57,651 nucleotides of DNA from Acidobacteriota bacterium (lineage in GTDB: Bacteria; Acidobacteriota; Thermoanaerobaculia; Multivoradales; UBA5704), in contig JBDTZG010000033.1 of assembly GCA_040005235.1 (NCBI GenBank), positions 1-57,651 on the forward strand, in the 5' to 3' direction. Shown piece by piece: positions 10,584-19,703 of the stretch (positions are counted from its first letter, which is position 1; every line of letters begins with the position of its first letter). A program made the position numbers and the translations under genes. The notes under the pieces were generated by a model that did not search any database, was not told the origin of the DNA, and was given only the letters and a program-made list of their open reading frames with translations.

Positions 10584-11648
10584 ATGGCCAAGATCGTCCA
10601 CCTCGTGGGCACGGGCACGATCGGGGAGCCTCTGATCGGCCTGTTCACGGATTTCCGCGAGAAGCTCGGAATCGACGAAGTGACCTTTCACAAGCGGACG
10701 GCGCTGCCCGCGGACCGCGCGAAGATCAACCATCTGATGGCGCGCGGCGCCAAGCTCGCTGCCGACCCGGACGTGCGCGAGAGCTTCGAGAATCTCGGCC
10801 ACAAGGTGAGCTTCGACACCAGCGACGCGCTCGACCGGGCCTCGGTCGTGATCGACTGCACCCCCGCCGGCAACGAGAACAAAGAGCAGATCTACAAGCA
10901 TCTGTCGGGCCCCAAGGGGTTCCTGGCGCAGGGGAGCGAGTTCGGCTTCGGCAAGCCCTACGCCCGCGGAATCAACGACGAGACGTTGATCCCCGGCGAG
11001 GATCGCTACATCCAGGTGGTCTCCTGCAATACCCACAACATCACGACGCTGATCAAGACTCTGTGCGACGAAGGCGCGGCGGGCTACTCGCTCGAACGCG
11101 GCACGTTCGTCTGCATGCGCCGGGCGAACGACATCTCGCAGGACGGCGGCTTCGTGCCCGCCCCCTCGGTCGGCAAACACGACGACGATCTGTTCGGCAC
11201 CCACCACGCGCATGACGCCCACCATGTGTTCGAAACGCTCGGCCTCGACCTCAACCTGTTTTCGAGCGCGGTGAAGCTCAACACCCAATACATGCACTCG
11301 ATCTGGTTCAGTCTGGAAGTCAACCGCGACATCGCGATCGACGAGGTGAAGCGCCGGCTGCGCGAGAACCCGCGGGTCTCGATGACCGACAAGCGCTCCT
11401 CGAACCTGATCTTCAGCTTCGGCCGCGACCATGGCTATTACGGCCGCATCCTGTCCCAGACGGTGGTGGCGGCCCCGACCTTGACGGTACGGAAGAACCG
11501 CGAGATCTACGGCTTCTGCTTCACCCCGCAGGACGGCAACTCGCTGGTCTCTTCGATCGCGGCCGCGCTCTGGCTGATCGATCCGGATCCGACGAGCGTC
11601 GCGGAGAGGCTCGCGCCGATCCGCCGGTTCGTTTTTCGAGAAATCTAG
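10584..11648 (+). CDS. Archaeal-type (type II) glyceraldehyde-3-phosphate dehydrogenase homologue
   Basis: GTGTIG Rossmann motif, VIDCTPAG..NK..Y, AQGSE, catalytic VVSCNT, RRAND, THH, TQYMH. Confidence 0.8.
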   Translation: MAKIVHLVGTGTIGEPLIGLFTDFREKLGIDEVTFHKRTALPADRAKINHLMARGAKLAADPDVRESFENLGHKVSFDTSDALDRASVVIDCTPAGNENKEQIYKHLSGPKGFLAQGSEFGFGKPYARGINDETLIPGEDRYIQVVSCNTHNITTLIKTLCDEGAAGYSLERGTFVCMRRANDISQDGGFVPAPSVGKHDDDLFGTHHAHDAHHVFETLGLDLNLFSSAVKLNTQYMHSIWFSLEVNRDIAIDEVKRRLRENPRVSMTDKRSSNLIFSFGRDHGYYGRILSQTVVAAPTLTVRKNREIYGFCFTPQDGNSLVSSIAAALWLIDPDPTSVAERLAPIRRFVFREI

Positions 11649-11673
11649 GCGTGAGATCTGATTTGATTCGATC

Positions 11674-12519
11674 ATGAGTGGTGGGAAGGTCGAAGTCCGC
11701 ATCGAATCCGGGCCGGGCGCGCTCCGCATCGAAGGGTCCTCCCGGGCGGGCGACTCGACCTGGCTCAAAGTCCATCCCCCCGGCCTGGCGTTCGACGTCG
11801 GCCGGGGGTCGCTTCAGCTCGGCGGCTCGCGCGACCTGTTCGTCTCCCACGGCCATCTCGACCACGCGCTCGGCCTGCCGTTTGCGATCTCGCAACGGAC
11901 GCTCCACGAATCGGCGGCCACTCGGGTGTTCTGTCCGAAGGAGATCGCCGAAGACATCCGAGCCTTCGTCGTCGCCGCGGAGCGGATGGAGCGGGTCTCC
12001 TACCGCTGGGAGCTGTTCCCGTTGGAGACGGGCGACCGGGTCGAGGTGGCACGCGATCTTTGCGTCGAGGCGTTTCCCGTCGATCACGTGGTGCCGAGCC
12101 TGGGCTTCCATCTACTGCGAAAAAAGCACCGCCTCGCCGCGGTCTATCAGGGCCGCGAATCGACGGAGCTCGCGGCGCTGCGATCCTCAGGGGTGGCGAT
12201 CGAAGAGACCGTCGAAGAGCTTTGGGTCTCCTACTGCGCCGATACCGGCCCGGGCGTCTTCGACCTCGAACCGCGGATTTTCACCACCCCGGTGTTGATC
12301 CTCGAATGCACTTTTCTTTCCTCGGAGCTCCGCGATCGCGCGGTCCGCTATAAACATATGCATATCGACGAGATCGCCGCGCGCGCCGACCAGTTCCACA
12401 ACCAGGCGATCGTGCTCCAACACCTGTCGCACCGCCACAGCTTCGCGGATTTGGAGCGGGCGGTGGAAGAAAAGCTTCCAAGCCTCGCCGCGCGGATTCA
12501 GATCCTGAGGGCGCTATGA
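11674..12519 (+). CDS. MBL-fold hydrolase, RNase Z-like
   Basis: SHGHLDH, DH.VPSLG, Y.ADT, ILECTF, KHMH, QHLSHR motifs. Confidence 0.82.
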   Translation: MSGGKVEVRIESGPGALRIEGSSRAGDSTWLKVHPPGLAFDVGRGSLQLGGSRDLFVSHGHLDHALGLPFAISQRTLHESAATRVFCPKEIAEDIRAFVVAAERMERVSYRWELFPLETGDRVEVARDLCVEAFPVDHVVPSLGFHLLRKKHRLAAVYQGRESTELAALRSSGVAIEETVEELWVSYCADTGPGVFDLEPRIFTTPVLILECTFLSSELRDRAVRYKHMHIDEIAARADQFHNQAIVLQHLSHRHSFADLERAVEEKLPSLAARIQILRAL

Positions 12520-13751
12520 GTCGCCGGCCTGGAGCGGCGGTTCCCGCGAGCGTCCGGCTCGCCGAAATCGACGAGCTGGAGGTTTCGATCGACAAGCTGG
12601 TCGCGGGCGGCGAAGGGATCGCCCGGCTCGACGGCATCCCCATCTTCGTGCCGCGCGCGGCGCCCGGCGATCGGCTGCGCGTGAGGCTGACGGAGAGGAA
12701 GCCCGACTATGCGCGCGCCGAGATCGTCGAGATCCTTATCCCCGGTCCGGGCCGCCGGCCCGATCCGTACCCCGCGCTTTCGGCGACCGGCCTGTGCGAC
12801 CTCCAGCATCTGGACGACGATCTGCAATCCAGGGCGCGCGCCCAAGCGGTCTGCGAGACGCTGGTCCGCATGGGGGGCATCATCCTTCCTGCCGATCTCT
12901 CCGTGATCACCGGCGAGCCCTGGCACTACCGCCTGCGCACCGAGCTGACGACCGAGAAAAACGCGAACGGCGATGTCTTCGTCGGCTATCAGGCCCGGGC
13001 GAGCAACCGGCTGATTCCCCTGCAGGAATGTCCCCTGCTGGTGCCCGAGCTCGAAGCGCTGCTCGCCGTCTTGCCCCGACTGTTGGGGGAGTTGACCGGA
13101 GTCGAGCCGCCGCGCCGGATCGACCTCGCCGCGGGCGACGACGGCCAGGTCACTGCGGCGCCCGTGATCGAAGGGCTGCCCCACGGCGAGGTGACGACTA
13201 CGGTCGCGACGACTGCCGGCGAGATCACCTACGCTTACGACGCGCGCACCTTTTTCCAAGGGCACCGCGGCCTGTTGGCGAAACTGGTCGAAACCGCGGT
13301 GGGGCCGTGGACCGGTAAGTCCGCCTATGACCTCTATGCCGGGGTCGGCCTTTTCGCCTTGCCGCTCGCCAAGCGCTACGGCCACGTGGTGGCGGTCGAA
13401 GCCGACCGGATCGCCGTGCGTTACGCGCGCAACAACGCGCGGCGCAACAAGCTCACGAACGTCGAATCGTTCCCGAGCGCGCTCGAAACCTGGATCGGCA
13501 AGCTCCCCTACGAGACCGACCGGGTGATCCTCGACCCGCCCCGCGCGGGCCTCTCGCAACGGGTCCGCGCGGTTCTCTGCGAGCGGCCTCCGGCGCGGCT
13601 CACCTACGTCTCCTGCCATCCGGCGACGCTCGCCCGCGACCTGCGGCAGCTGTCCAAGACCTTCACGATCGAGAGCCTTGCGTTGCTCGATCTGTTCCCC
13701 CAGACCGGGCATATGGAGGCGGTGGTGCAGATGGTGCGGATTGCGGGCTAG
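12516..13751 (+). CDS. rlmD: TRAM-domain RNA (uracil-5) methyltransferase, RlmD/TrmA family
   Basis: TRAM N-terminus, FFQ, DLYAGVG, LDPPRAG, YVSCHPATLARD, DLFPQTGHME. Confidence 0.88.
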   Translation: MSRRPGAAVPASVRLAEIDELEVSIDKLVAGGEGIARLDGIPIFVPRAAPGDRLRVRLTERKPDYARAEIVEILIPGPGRRPDPYPALSATGLCDLQHLDDDLQSRARAQAVCETLVRMGGIILPADLSVITGEPWHYRLRTELTTEKNANGDVFVGYQARASNRLIPLQECPLLVPELEALLAVLPRLLGELTGVEPPRRIDLAAGDDGQVTAAPVIEGLPHGEVTTTVATTAGEITYAYDARTFFQGHRGLLAKLVETAVGPWTGKSAYDLYAGVGLFALPLAKRYGHVVAVEADRIAVRYARNNARRNKLTNVESFPSALETWIGKLPYETDRVILDPPRAGLSQRVRAVLCERPPARLTYVSCHPATLARDLRQLSKTFTIESLALLDLFPQTGHMEAVVQMVRIAG

Positions 13752-13769
13752 CGGCGCGTCCGGGCCAAA

Positions 13770-13873
13770 ATTACCGTTCCCTGCCGCGGGATCACTGTTC
13801 CCGGCCGCGGGACCAGTGATTTTGCGCCAAATTCGTTGATCCCTGGCTCGGGATCGCTGGTCCCTCCGTCGGG
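13770..13873. repeat. Degenerate 21-bp tandem repeat, about 5 units
   Basis: attaccgttccctgccgcggg / atcactgttcccggccgcggg / accagtgattttgcgccaaa / ttcgttgatccctggctcggg / atcgctggtccctccgtcggg. Confidence 0.75.
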
Positions 13874-14183
13874 AGCGCGCGCCACACTGCTCGCGAGCGA
13901 CGAGCGGAAGAAGTCCAAGAATAAGGATCGGCTAGCCGATCTCCTCGCGCCCGTCTGGGCGACGTCGACGACGCTCTCGAAGAACTGACGAACTGACCGC
14001 TCGGTCCGGGCCGGGCGGCCTCGCTGTCCTCTCCTTTGCCACGCATAGACTGGCACGGACGGAGGGAGCGGAGAGGACAGGATCCGGCGGGTGGAGTGTA
14101 TTCCGACGAGAATTGGAACGAATCCGGCTCCATTTGCCGCTAGTGAGAAGGAATCGATTCAATTTCCGCGAGGTCAGACGACG

Positions 14184-15437
14184 ATGGAAACTATGGAGGC
14201 AAGAGTGCAGAAGCTGGAGTGGCGTAAGGGCGAGCCGCTATTCACGGCGGCTGAATGGGATGCCGAGCAGCATCCGTGTCTGGCGTCGGTTTCCTGCGGC
14301 ATGATGGGGCTTCGAGCCGTGCCGGTTTTGAAAACGCCGCCTGTTGAGATTGTCCAAATCCCCGTTGGCGACGACTTCAACCAAGAGATCAGCCTCGCAG
14401 CAATGGCATTCAACATGACTTGGCAATCCGGAGCGGCTTGGGGAAACTGGCGCGGTGGCTTTTTCGGATACGACGAAGAAGAGGACTGGCCGGAGGCCAT
14501 TCGGACGGTATTAAAGAGGTGTGATGAGAGCGTGACCGTCCGGTTTGTCCCGACCGGCGCCCGACCGAGCCTTGCGCTCGCGCAGCACGGTCCTCTCTTT
14601 CAGCTTCTTCCCCTTAACTCGCTCCTGAAGCATCGGCTCCCAGTACTCGGCCGACGTACCTGGCCTACTCCGTTCTTCGGAGATCTTGACCTCGAATTGG
14701 GAGGGACCGCCCGTATCTTGCGCTCAAGGCTTGAGCGCGCGGTCGCGGAACACCTCTGGCCGCTGCTCATGCCCCAATCGGGCCTAATGGCGTTCAGCGC
14801 GAAGGATCCGATCCGGCTGCTCGCCTTCAATCTCGACTTCTGGCTGCCTTACCTCGACCGCGTCATCGAAGAGCGAATGCGTACCATAGGGAAAAACACG
14901 TACCGGAGCGCCGCCGACAAGACTGTAGCGGCGCAGATGCTTCAGCAGCTCGGGGAAAACTTCGAGGTCGAACCGCCGCTCTATCACGCGGATGCTTGGC
15001 GAGGAGAAGCCGAGGCATTGGAAGCTACACGCGAGATGGTTGAGGCGGCCGACAGGGGCGGGAAGCTCCGGGCGATCATTGATGTCGTGCGACGCCATCG
15101 CGTCGAGGACGACTTCTCAGAGAAGTGGAGCTGGGCCAAGGAGGACTTTGAGCGAAAGCTCTACTCGAAGCGATCGAAATGCCGAGTCACCTTCGTCGAG
15201 CTGAGCGACACACTACCCGTCCACGGCCCCGACAAAGAGATTGACGCCGCGACCAGCCTGCTTTGGGACGACCTGTTCGCTCTGATCGACCGGAAGGATC
15301 GCAACGTTGTTGTCTGCCTACGAAATGGGGTAACCCGTGTCTCGGAGATAGCCGAGTTGCTCGGATATGCGAATCACAGTGCGGTATCGAAGAAGCTTGC
15401 CCGCATCCGAGAGCGCGCCAGAAGGCTCTTGGCGTAG
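14184..15437 (+). CDS. Hypothetical protein with C-terminal sigma70 region 4-like HTH
   Basis: Long ORF with atypical codon usage; C-terminus LIDRKDRNVVVCLRNGVTRVSEIAELLGYANHSAVSKKLARIR. Confidence 0.75.
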   Translation: METMEARVQKLEWRKGEPLFTAAEWDAEQHPCLASVSCGMMGLRAVPVLKTPPVEIVQIPVGDDFNQEISLAAMAFNMTWQSGAAWGNWRGGFFGYDEEEDWPEAIRTVLKRCDESVTVRFVPTGARPSLALAQHGPLFQLLPLNSLLKHRLPVLGRRTWPTPFFGDLDLELGGTARILRSRLERAVAEHLWPLLMPQSGLMAFSAKDPIRLLAFNLDFWLPYLDRVIEERMRTIGKNTYRSAADKTVAAQMLQQLGENFEVEPPLYHADAWRGEAEALEATREMVEAADRGGKLRAIIDVVRRHRVEDDFSEKWSWAKEDFERKLYSKRSKCRVTFVELSDTLPVHGPDKEIDAATSLLWDDLFALIDRKDRNVVVCLRNGVTRVSEIAELLGYANHSAVSKKLARIRERARRLLA

Positions 15438-15458
15438 CTTGGTGTAAGTATCCTCCGG

Positions 15459-15554
15459 CGCGCGGCCTACCGAGTCTGGCGCCGCCCCGGCGACCGGTTT
15501 GGCTTCCTCGGCTTCCGCCTTGCCCGAGGTCAGGGTATGCGCTCCTGCAGGTGA
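15459..15554 (+). pseudogene. Orphan C-terminal fragment of an FGE-sulfatase/C-lectin-fold gene (DGR variable-region-like)
   Basis: Translates as RAAYRVWRRPGDRFGFLGFRLARGQGMRSCR*, the typical FGE C-terminal motif. No start codon or N-terminal part. Confidence 0.6.
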
Positions 15555-15596
15555 GATCGGAGCGGTCGGATGCTGGAGAAGAAATATAGTCCAACG

Positions 15597-16070
15597 ATGA
15601 AACCGAAAATCTACGTCGAGACCTCGATCATCAGCTATCTGGCGGCTCGGCCGAGCCGAGACTTGGTCCTCGCGGGCCATCAGCAAATCACCCACCAGTG
15701 GTGGGAAGAGCGTCGAGGGGACTTCGAGGCGTTCGCGTCGGAAGCCGTGGTCAATGAAGCGAGTGCAGGAGACCCTGAGGCAGCGCGTCGGCGTCTTGAA
15801 TTCCTTGGTTCGCTTCCGCTCCTCGACATTACCGACGAGGTATCTTCGCTGGTAGAAAAGCTGATCCAACAGGGGCCGATTCCGCCCAAGGCTGTCGTAG
15901 ACGCCGTGCACGTTGCCGTTTCCGCGGTCTACGGATTGGATTACCTCCTCACTTGGAACTGTTCTCACCTGGCGAACGCCACGATGCGGACTCGGATCAA
16001 TCAGGTCTGTGTTTCGTCAGGGTACCAGGCGGTAGTAATCTGTACACCTGAAGAACTGATGGAGGACTAG
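15597..16070 (+). CDS. PIN-domain (VapC-like) toxin
   Basis: KIYVETSIISYL, SEAVVNEASAGD, DAVHVA, DYLLTWNCSHLAN, ICTPEEL. Confidence 0.9.
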   Translation: MKPKIYVETSIISYLAARPSRDLVLAGHQQITHQWWEERRGDFEAFASEAVVNEASAGDPEAARRRLEFLGSLPLLDITDEVSSLVEKLIQQGPIPPKAVVDAVHVAVSAVYGLDYLLTWNCSHLANATMRTRINQVCVSSGYQAVVICTPEELMED

Positions 16071-16073
16071 TCC

Positions 16074-16265
16074 ATGGACAAGTGGCAAGATGAGATCGTC
16101 GCCGAAATCAGGGCCGTTCGTGACGCCTATGCGCAGCGCTTCAACTACGACCCCCAAGCCATTTGCCGCGACCTCCGACGGCTTCAAGAGGAAAGCGGTA
16201 GTACCATCGTGCGCCCCGAGAGAGTCCAAGAAGCCGACCGTAAGCGGCGAAGCCAAGCGGCTTGA
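16074..16265 (+). CDS. Small putative antitoxin
   Basis: WQDEIVAEIRAVRDAYAQRFNYD..AI..DL, the partner type that typically accompanies this PIN family. Confidence 0.75.
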   Translation: MDKWQDEIVAEIRAVRDAYAQRFNYDPQAICRDLRRLQEESGSTIVRPERVQEADRKRRSQAA

Positions 16266-16354
16266 ACCTGGGGAGCGCGGAGGCCGAGTCTTCCGCGCTC
16301 CGGCCCGCCCATCCGGGTGGCCCGGCGCGGCGGGCCTTCACGTATTCTTTCCTG

Positions 16355-18145
16355 ATGCACCCCGCCCCGGCCCCGGCCTCTGACGTGCCCGTCGCAGCGA
16401 GGCCAACCCAGTTTCCACTCAAGCTCGCCGAGGCGCTGCGACGGACGTTCGCCGCGGGGTATACCAAAGCCGATCTGCGGGCCGACCTGCTCGCCGGGGC
16501 GGTCGTCGGCGTTGTGGCCCTGCCGCTTTCGATGGCGCTCGCCGTGGCGTCCGGCGTGCCGCCCCAGTACGGGCTCTACACCGCGATCGTCGGCGGTTTT
16601 CTGATCGCCGCGCTCGGCGGATCGAAGGTCCAGGTCTCCGGACCGACCGCGGCGTTCGTGGTGGTCCTGGCGCCGATCGCCGCGCGCCAGGGTGTCGGGG
16701 GGCTGCTGCTGGCGACCGCGATGGCCGGGGTGATCCTGATCGGAATGGGAATCGGCCGGCTGGGCGGCCTGATCCAATTCGTCCCCTATCCGGTCACGAC
16801 GGGATTTACGACGGGTATCGCGGTCGTCATCGCGACGCTCCAACTCAAGGACTTCCTCGGCCTCACGGTCGAAAAGATGCCGGAGCATTTCGCCGAGCGG
16901 GCCGTGGCGCTCGGGCGAGCGGTCCCGAGTGCCCGCTGGCCGGAGATCGCGATCGGTGCGTTCACGCTCGCCGTTCTTCTCCTCTGGCCCCGACTGACGC
17001 GAAAATTTCCCGCGCCGCTCGTGGCGCTCTCCCTCGGCGGACTGCTCGCCGCGGCGCTCTCGCACTTCGTTCCCGGTTTTGAGGTCGCGACGATCGCCAG
17101 CCGTTTCCATTACGAGATCGGTGGAGTGATCCACGGTGGCATCCCGCAGCTGCCGCCGGTGCCGATTCTCCCTTGGAACCTGCCCGGGGCCGACGGCGCG
17201 CCGCTCGTCCTATCCTTCGATCTGTTCCGCCAACTGCTGCCGGTCGCGTTCGCGATCGCCATGCTGGGCGCGATCGAATCGCTCCTTTCCGCGGTGGTCG
17301 CGGATGGTCTTACCGGCAAGACCCACGATCCCGACAGCGAGCTGCTCGCCCAAGGCATCGGCAACTTGGTCGCGCCGTTCTTCGGTGGCATTCCGGCGAC
17401 CGGCGCGATCGCGCGAACGGCGACCAACGTCCGCTCCGGAGCCCGTTCGCCGATCGCGGCGATGACCCACGCGTTTGTGGTGCTCGCCGCAGTCCTGGTC
17501 GCCGCCCCCCTCCTCGGCTATCTGCCGATGGCCTCGCTCGCCGCCCTCCTGCTTCTGGTCGCCTGGAACATGAGCGAGGTCCACAACTTCGCCCGCACCT
17601 TCCGCCAGGCGCCGAAGAGCGACACTTTCATCCTGCTCGCCTGCTTCCTGCTGACGGTGCTGTTCGACATGGTGGTCGCCGTCACTTTCGGAGTTCTTCT
17701 CGCCGCCCTCCTCTTCATGCGCCGGATGGCCGAAGTCTCCGGCACCGACCTCGCGGAATCGACCCATCCTCTGGTGGCAGAGGGCTTGCCCAAAGACGTT
17801 CTGGTCTACGAGGTCGCCGGCCCCCTCTTCTTCGGCGCAGCCCAAAAAGCGATGAGCGCCCTTCAACGCGTGGCGCAAGGGGTAGCCGTCGTGATCCTCG
17901 ACCTGCACGCCGTGCCGGCCATCGACGCCACCGGCCTCGTAGCCCTCGAAGCCGCGATCGACCGCCTCTACCGAATGAACGTCTTCGTCGTCCTCGCCGG
18001 AGTCCAACACCAGCCGCTCGAAGTCCTCGGCAAAGCCGGCTTTCCCCGCCGCACCGAAAAACTCGCCGTCTGCCGCTCGCACGAAAGCGCGCTGGCGACG
18101 GCGCGGAAACGGTCCAAGCTCAGCGAAGAGAAGCCTCCGGAATAG
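16355..18145 (+). CDS. dauA: SulP family C4-dicarboxylate transporter with STAS domain
   Basis: DLLAG..VGVVALPLSMALA, GPTAAF, LGAIESLLSAVVADG, ATGAIART, GPLFFGAA. Confidence 0.88.
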   Translation: MHPAPAPASDVPVAARPTQFPLKLAEALRRTFAAGYTKADLRADLLAGAVVGVVALPLSMALAVASGVPPQYGLYTAIVGGFLIAALGGSKVQVSGPTAAFVVVLAPIAARQGVGGLLLATAMAGVILIGMGIGRLGGLIQFVPYPVTTGFTTGIAVVIATLQLKDFLGLTVEKMPEHFAERAVALGRAVPSARWPEIAIGAFTLAVLLLWPRLTRKFPAPLVALSLGGLLAAALSHFVPGFEVATIASRFHYEIGGVIHGGIPQLPPVPILPWNLPGADGAPLVLSFDLFRQLLPVAFAIAMLGAIESLLSAVVADGLTGKTHDPDSELLAQGIGNLVAPFFGGIPATGAIARTATNVRSGARSPIAAMTHAFVVLAAVLVAAPLLGYLPMASLAALLLLVAWNMSEVHNFARTFRQAPKSDTFILLACFLLTVLFDMVVAVTFGVLLAALLFMRRMAEVSGTDLAESTHPLVAEGLPKDVLVYEVAGPLFFGAAQKAMSALQRVAQGVAVVILDLHAVPAIDATGLVALEAAIDRLYRMNVFVVLAGVQHQPLEVLGKAGFPRRTEKLAVCRSHESALATARKRSKLSEEKPPE

Positions 18146-18249
18146 AAATCCTGGGCTCTCCAAAGCATAGAAACGCGAAGTCCTTGACCCGCCCTAAACG
18201 CTCCGGGTACTTTCGACGTCCATATCGAGAGAGCGACTGGAGGAAATCG

Positions 18250-19167
18250 ATGAGCCGGAAATCCGCGCGGATTCTGTCCGCCCTGCTGTGTGTCGTACCG
18301 TTCGCCGTGGCCGCTGGGTTCGCCCAAACGCCGCCGCCCGCCCCCACCGATCCCGCGAAGCTCGACGCGGAGCTGCGCTACCAGACCGGGACCGTGCAGG
18401 TCGCGGACGGCAAGGCGACGTTCAACCTTGGCCCCGAGTTTCGCTATCTGGACCCGAAGCAGACGGCTCGACTGTTGACCGAAGGGTGGGGCAACCCTCC
18501 CGGCGGCGAGACTCTCGGCATGATCTTCCCATCGGGGCTAAGCCCCCTTTCCGCCGAGGGGTGGGGCGTCGTCATTACCTATGAAGAGGACGGCTACGTC
18601 GACGACAAGGGCGCCGAGAAGGTCGACTACAACGAGCTGCTCGGCGAGATGAAGAAGAGCGTCACCGAGGAGAACAAAGAGCGGACGAAAGCGGGGTACG
18701 AGCCGATGCAACTGGTCGGCTGGGCCGAGCCGCCGCGCTACGACAAGGCGACCAACAAGATGTATTGGGCCAAGGACATCAAGTTCGGCAATTCGCCCGT
18801 CGACACCCTGAACTACAACATCCGCGTGCTCGGCCGGCGCGGAGTCCTGGTACTGAACGCGGTCTCGACCGTCGATCAGCTGGCTTCTGTCACGACCTCG
18901 ATGCAGCTGCTGCTGCCCGCGGTCGATTTCAACCCCGGGCACCGGTACGCCGATTTCATTCCGGGCAAGGACAAGATGGCCGAATACGGCATCGGCGCCC
19001 TGGTGCTCGGCACGCTCGCGGCGAAGACCGGCCTGTTCAAGGCGCTGCTCGTCGGCCTCTTGGCGGCGAAGAAATTCGTCATCCTGGGGCTCGCCGCGAT
19101 CGGCGCCTGGTTCCGGAAAAAGTTCAAGAAGAAGGAACCGACAATGGCCGAGGCGATCGAGCCCTAA
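18250..19167 (+). CDS. DUF2167 domain membrane-anchored protein
   Basis: WGNP, EDGYVDD, GWAEPPRYD...KMYWAK, LNYNIRVLGRRGVLVLNAV, AEYGIGALV; ATG 18250. Confidence 0.9.
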   Translation: MSRKSARILSALLCVVPFAVAAGFAQTPPPAPTDPAKLDAELRYQTGTVQVADGKATFNLGPEFRYLDPKQTARLLTEGWGNPPGGETLGMIFPSGLSPLSAEGWGVVITYEEDGYVDDKGAEKVDYNELLGEMKKSVTEENKERTKAGYEPMQLVGWAEPPRYDKATNKMYWAKDIKFGNSPVDTLNYNIRVLGRRGVLVLNAVSTVDQLASVTTSMQLLLPAVDFNPGHRYADFIPGKDKMAEYGIGALVLGTLAAKTGLFKALLVGLLAAKKFVILGLAAIGAWFRKKFKKKEPTMAEAIEP

Positions 19168-19182
19168 GGGCGGCTGAACCCG

Positions 19183-19662
19183 CTACGGCGGCGGAGGCGC
19201 GTCGTTCGGCAGCGCTGAGGTTTCGGCCGGAAGCTCGTCGCTGGTCATTTCGTCACTGGACGTCGCGTCCTCGTGCGCCGGCACCGCGGAATCATCGAGC
19301 GGCACGAGACAGGTGGTCTCGGTAGCGGCGATTGGCGAGGTGTCCTGGATCAGGTGGACCGTGGCGACCTCGGTGCCGATCTTCGCCTCGACCCGGGTCT
19401 CGTAATCGTTGCCGGAGAATCCGCCCTTCCAATAGATCGTGCCGCGGAAGCCTTCGCCGCCGATCTTGATCGGGCCGGCGGTCTTGATCTCGCCGAGGGG
19501 ATGGAAACAGGCGAGCGCCCGCTTGGCCAGTTTGTCGCGAAACAGCTTGTCGAACTCTTCCTGCCGGCTGCAGGCGAAACCCGCGAGCAGCGGCAGCAAC
19601 AGCGGCAGCAAAAGCAGGGCGCATCGAATCGTCGAACCGCGAACGGTCTTCGCGTGGAACAT
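19183..19662 (-). CDS. Hypothetical lipoprotein
   Basis: Hydrophobic signal ending AGFAC; acidic, Pro-rich tail. Confidence 0.65.
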   Translation of the reverse strand: MFHAKTVRGSTIRCALLLLPLLLPLLAGFACSRQEEFDKLFRDKLAKRALACFHPLGEIKTAGPIKIGGEGFRGTIYWKGGFSGNDYETRVEAKIGTEVATVHLIQDTSPIAATETTCLVPLDDSAVPAHEDATSSDEMTSDELPAETSALPNDAPPPP

Positions 19663-19703
19663 CGGGCGAGACTCCTTTGAAAACAAGCTTGAGGCCGAAG
19701 ATG

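Noticed and set aside
13874-14180. Short ORFs 13748..14056 and 13792..14133
   Set aside because: No motifs, atypical composition and overlap with the 21-bp repeat; possibly degraded sequence.
17173-18249. N-terminal extension of the DUF2167 ORF
   Set aside because: It overlaps dauA in another frame; the real start is ATG 18250 with an RBS and signal peptide.
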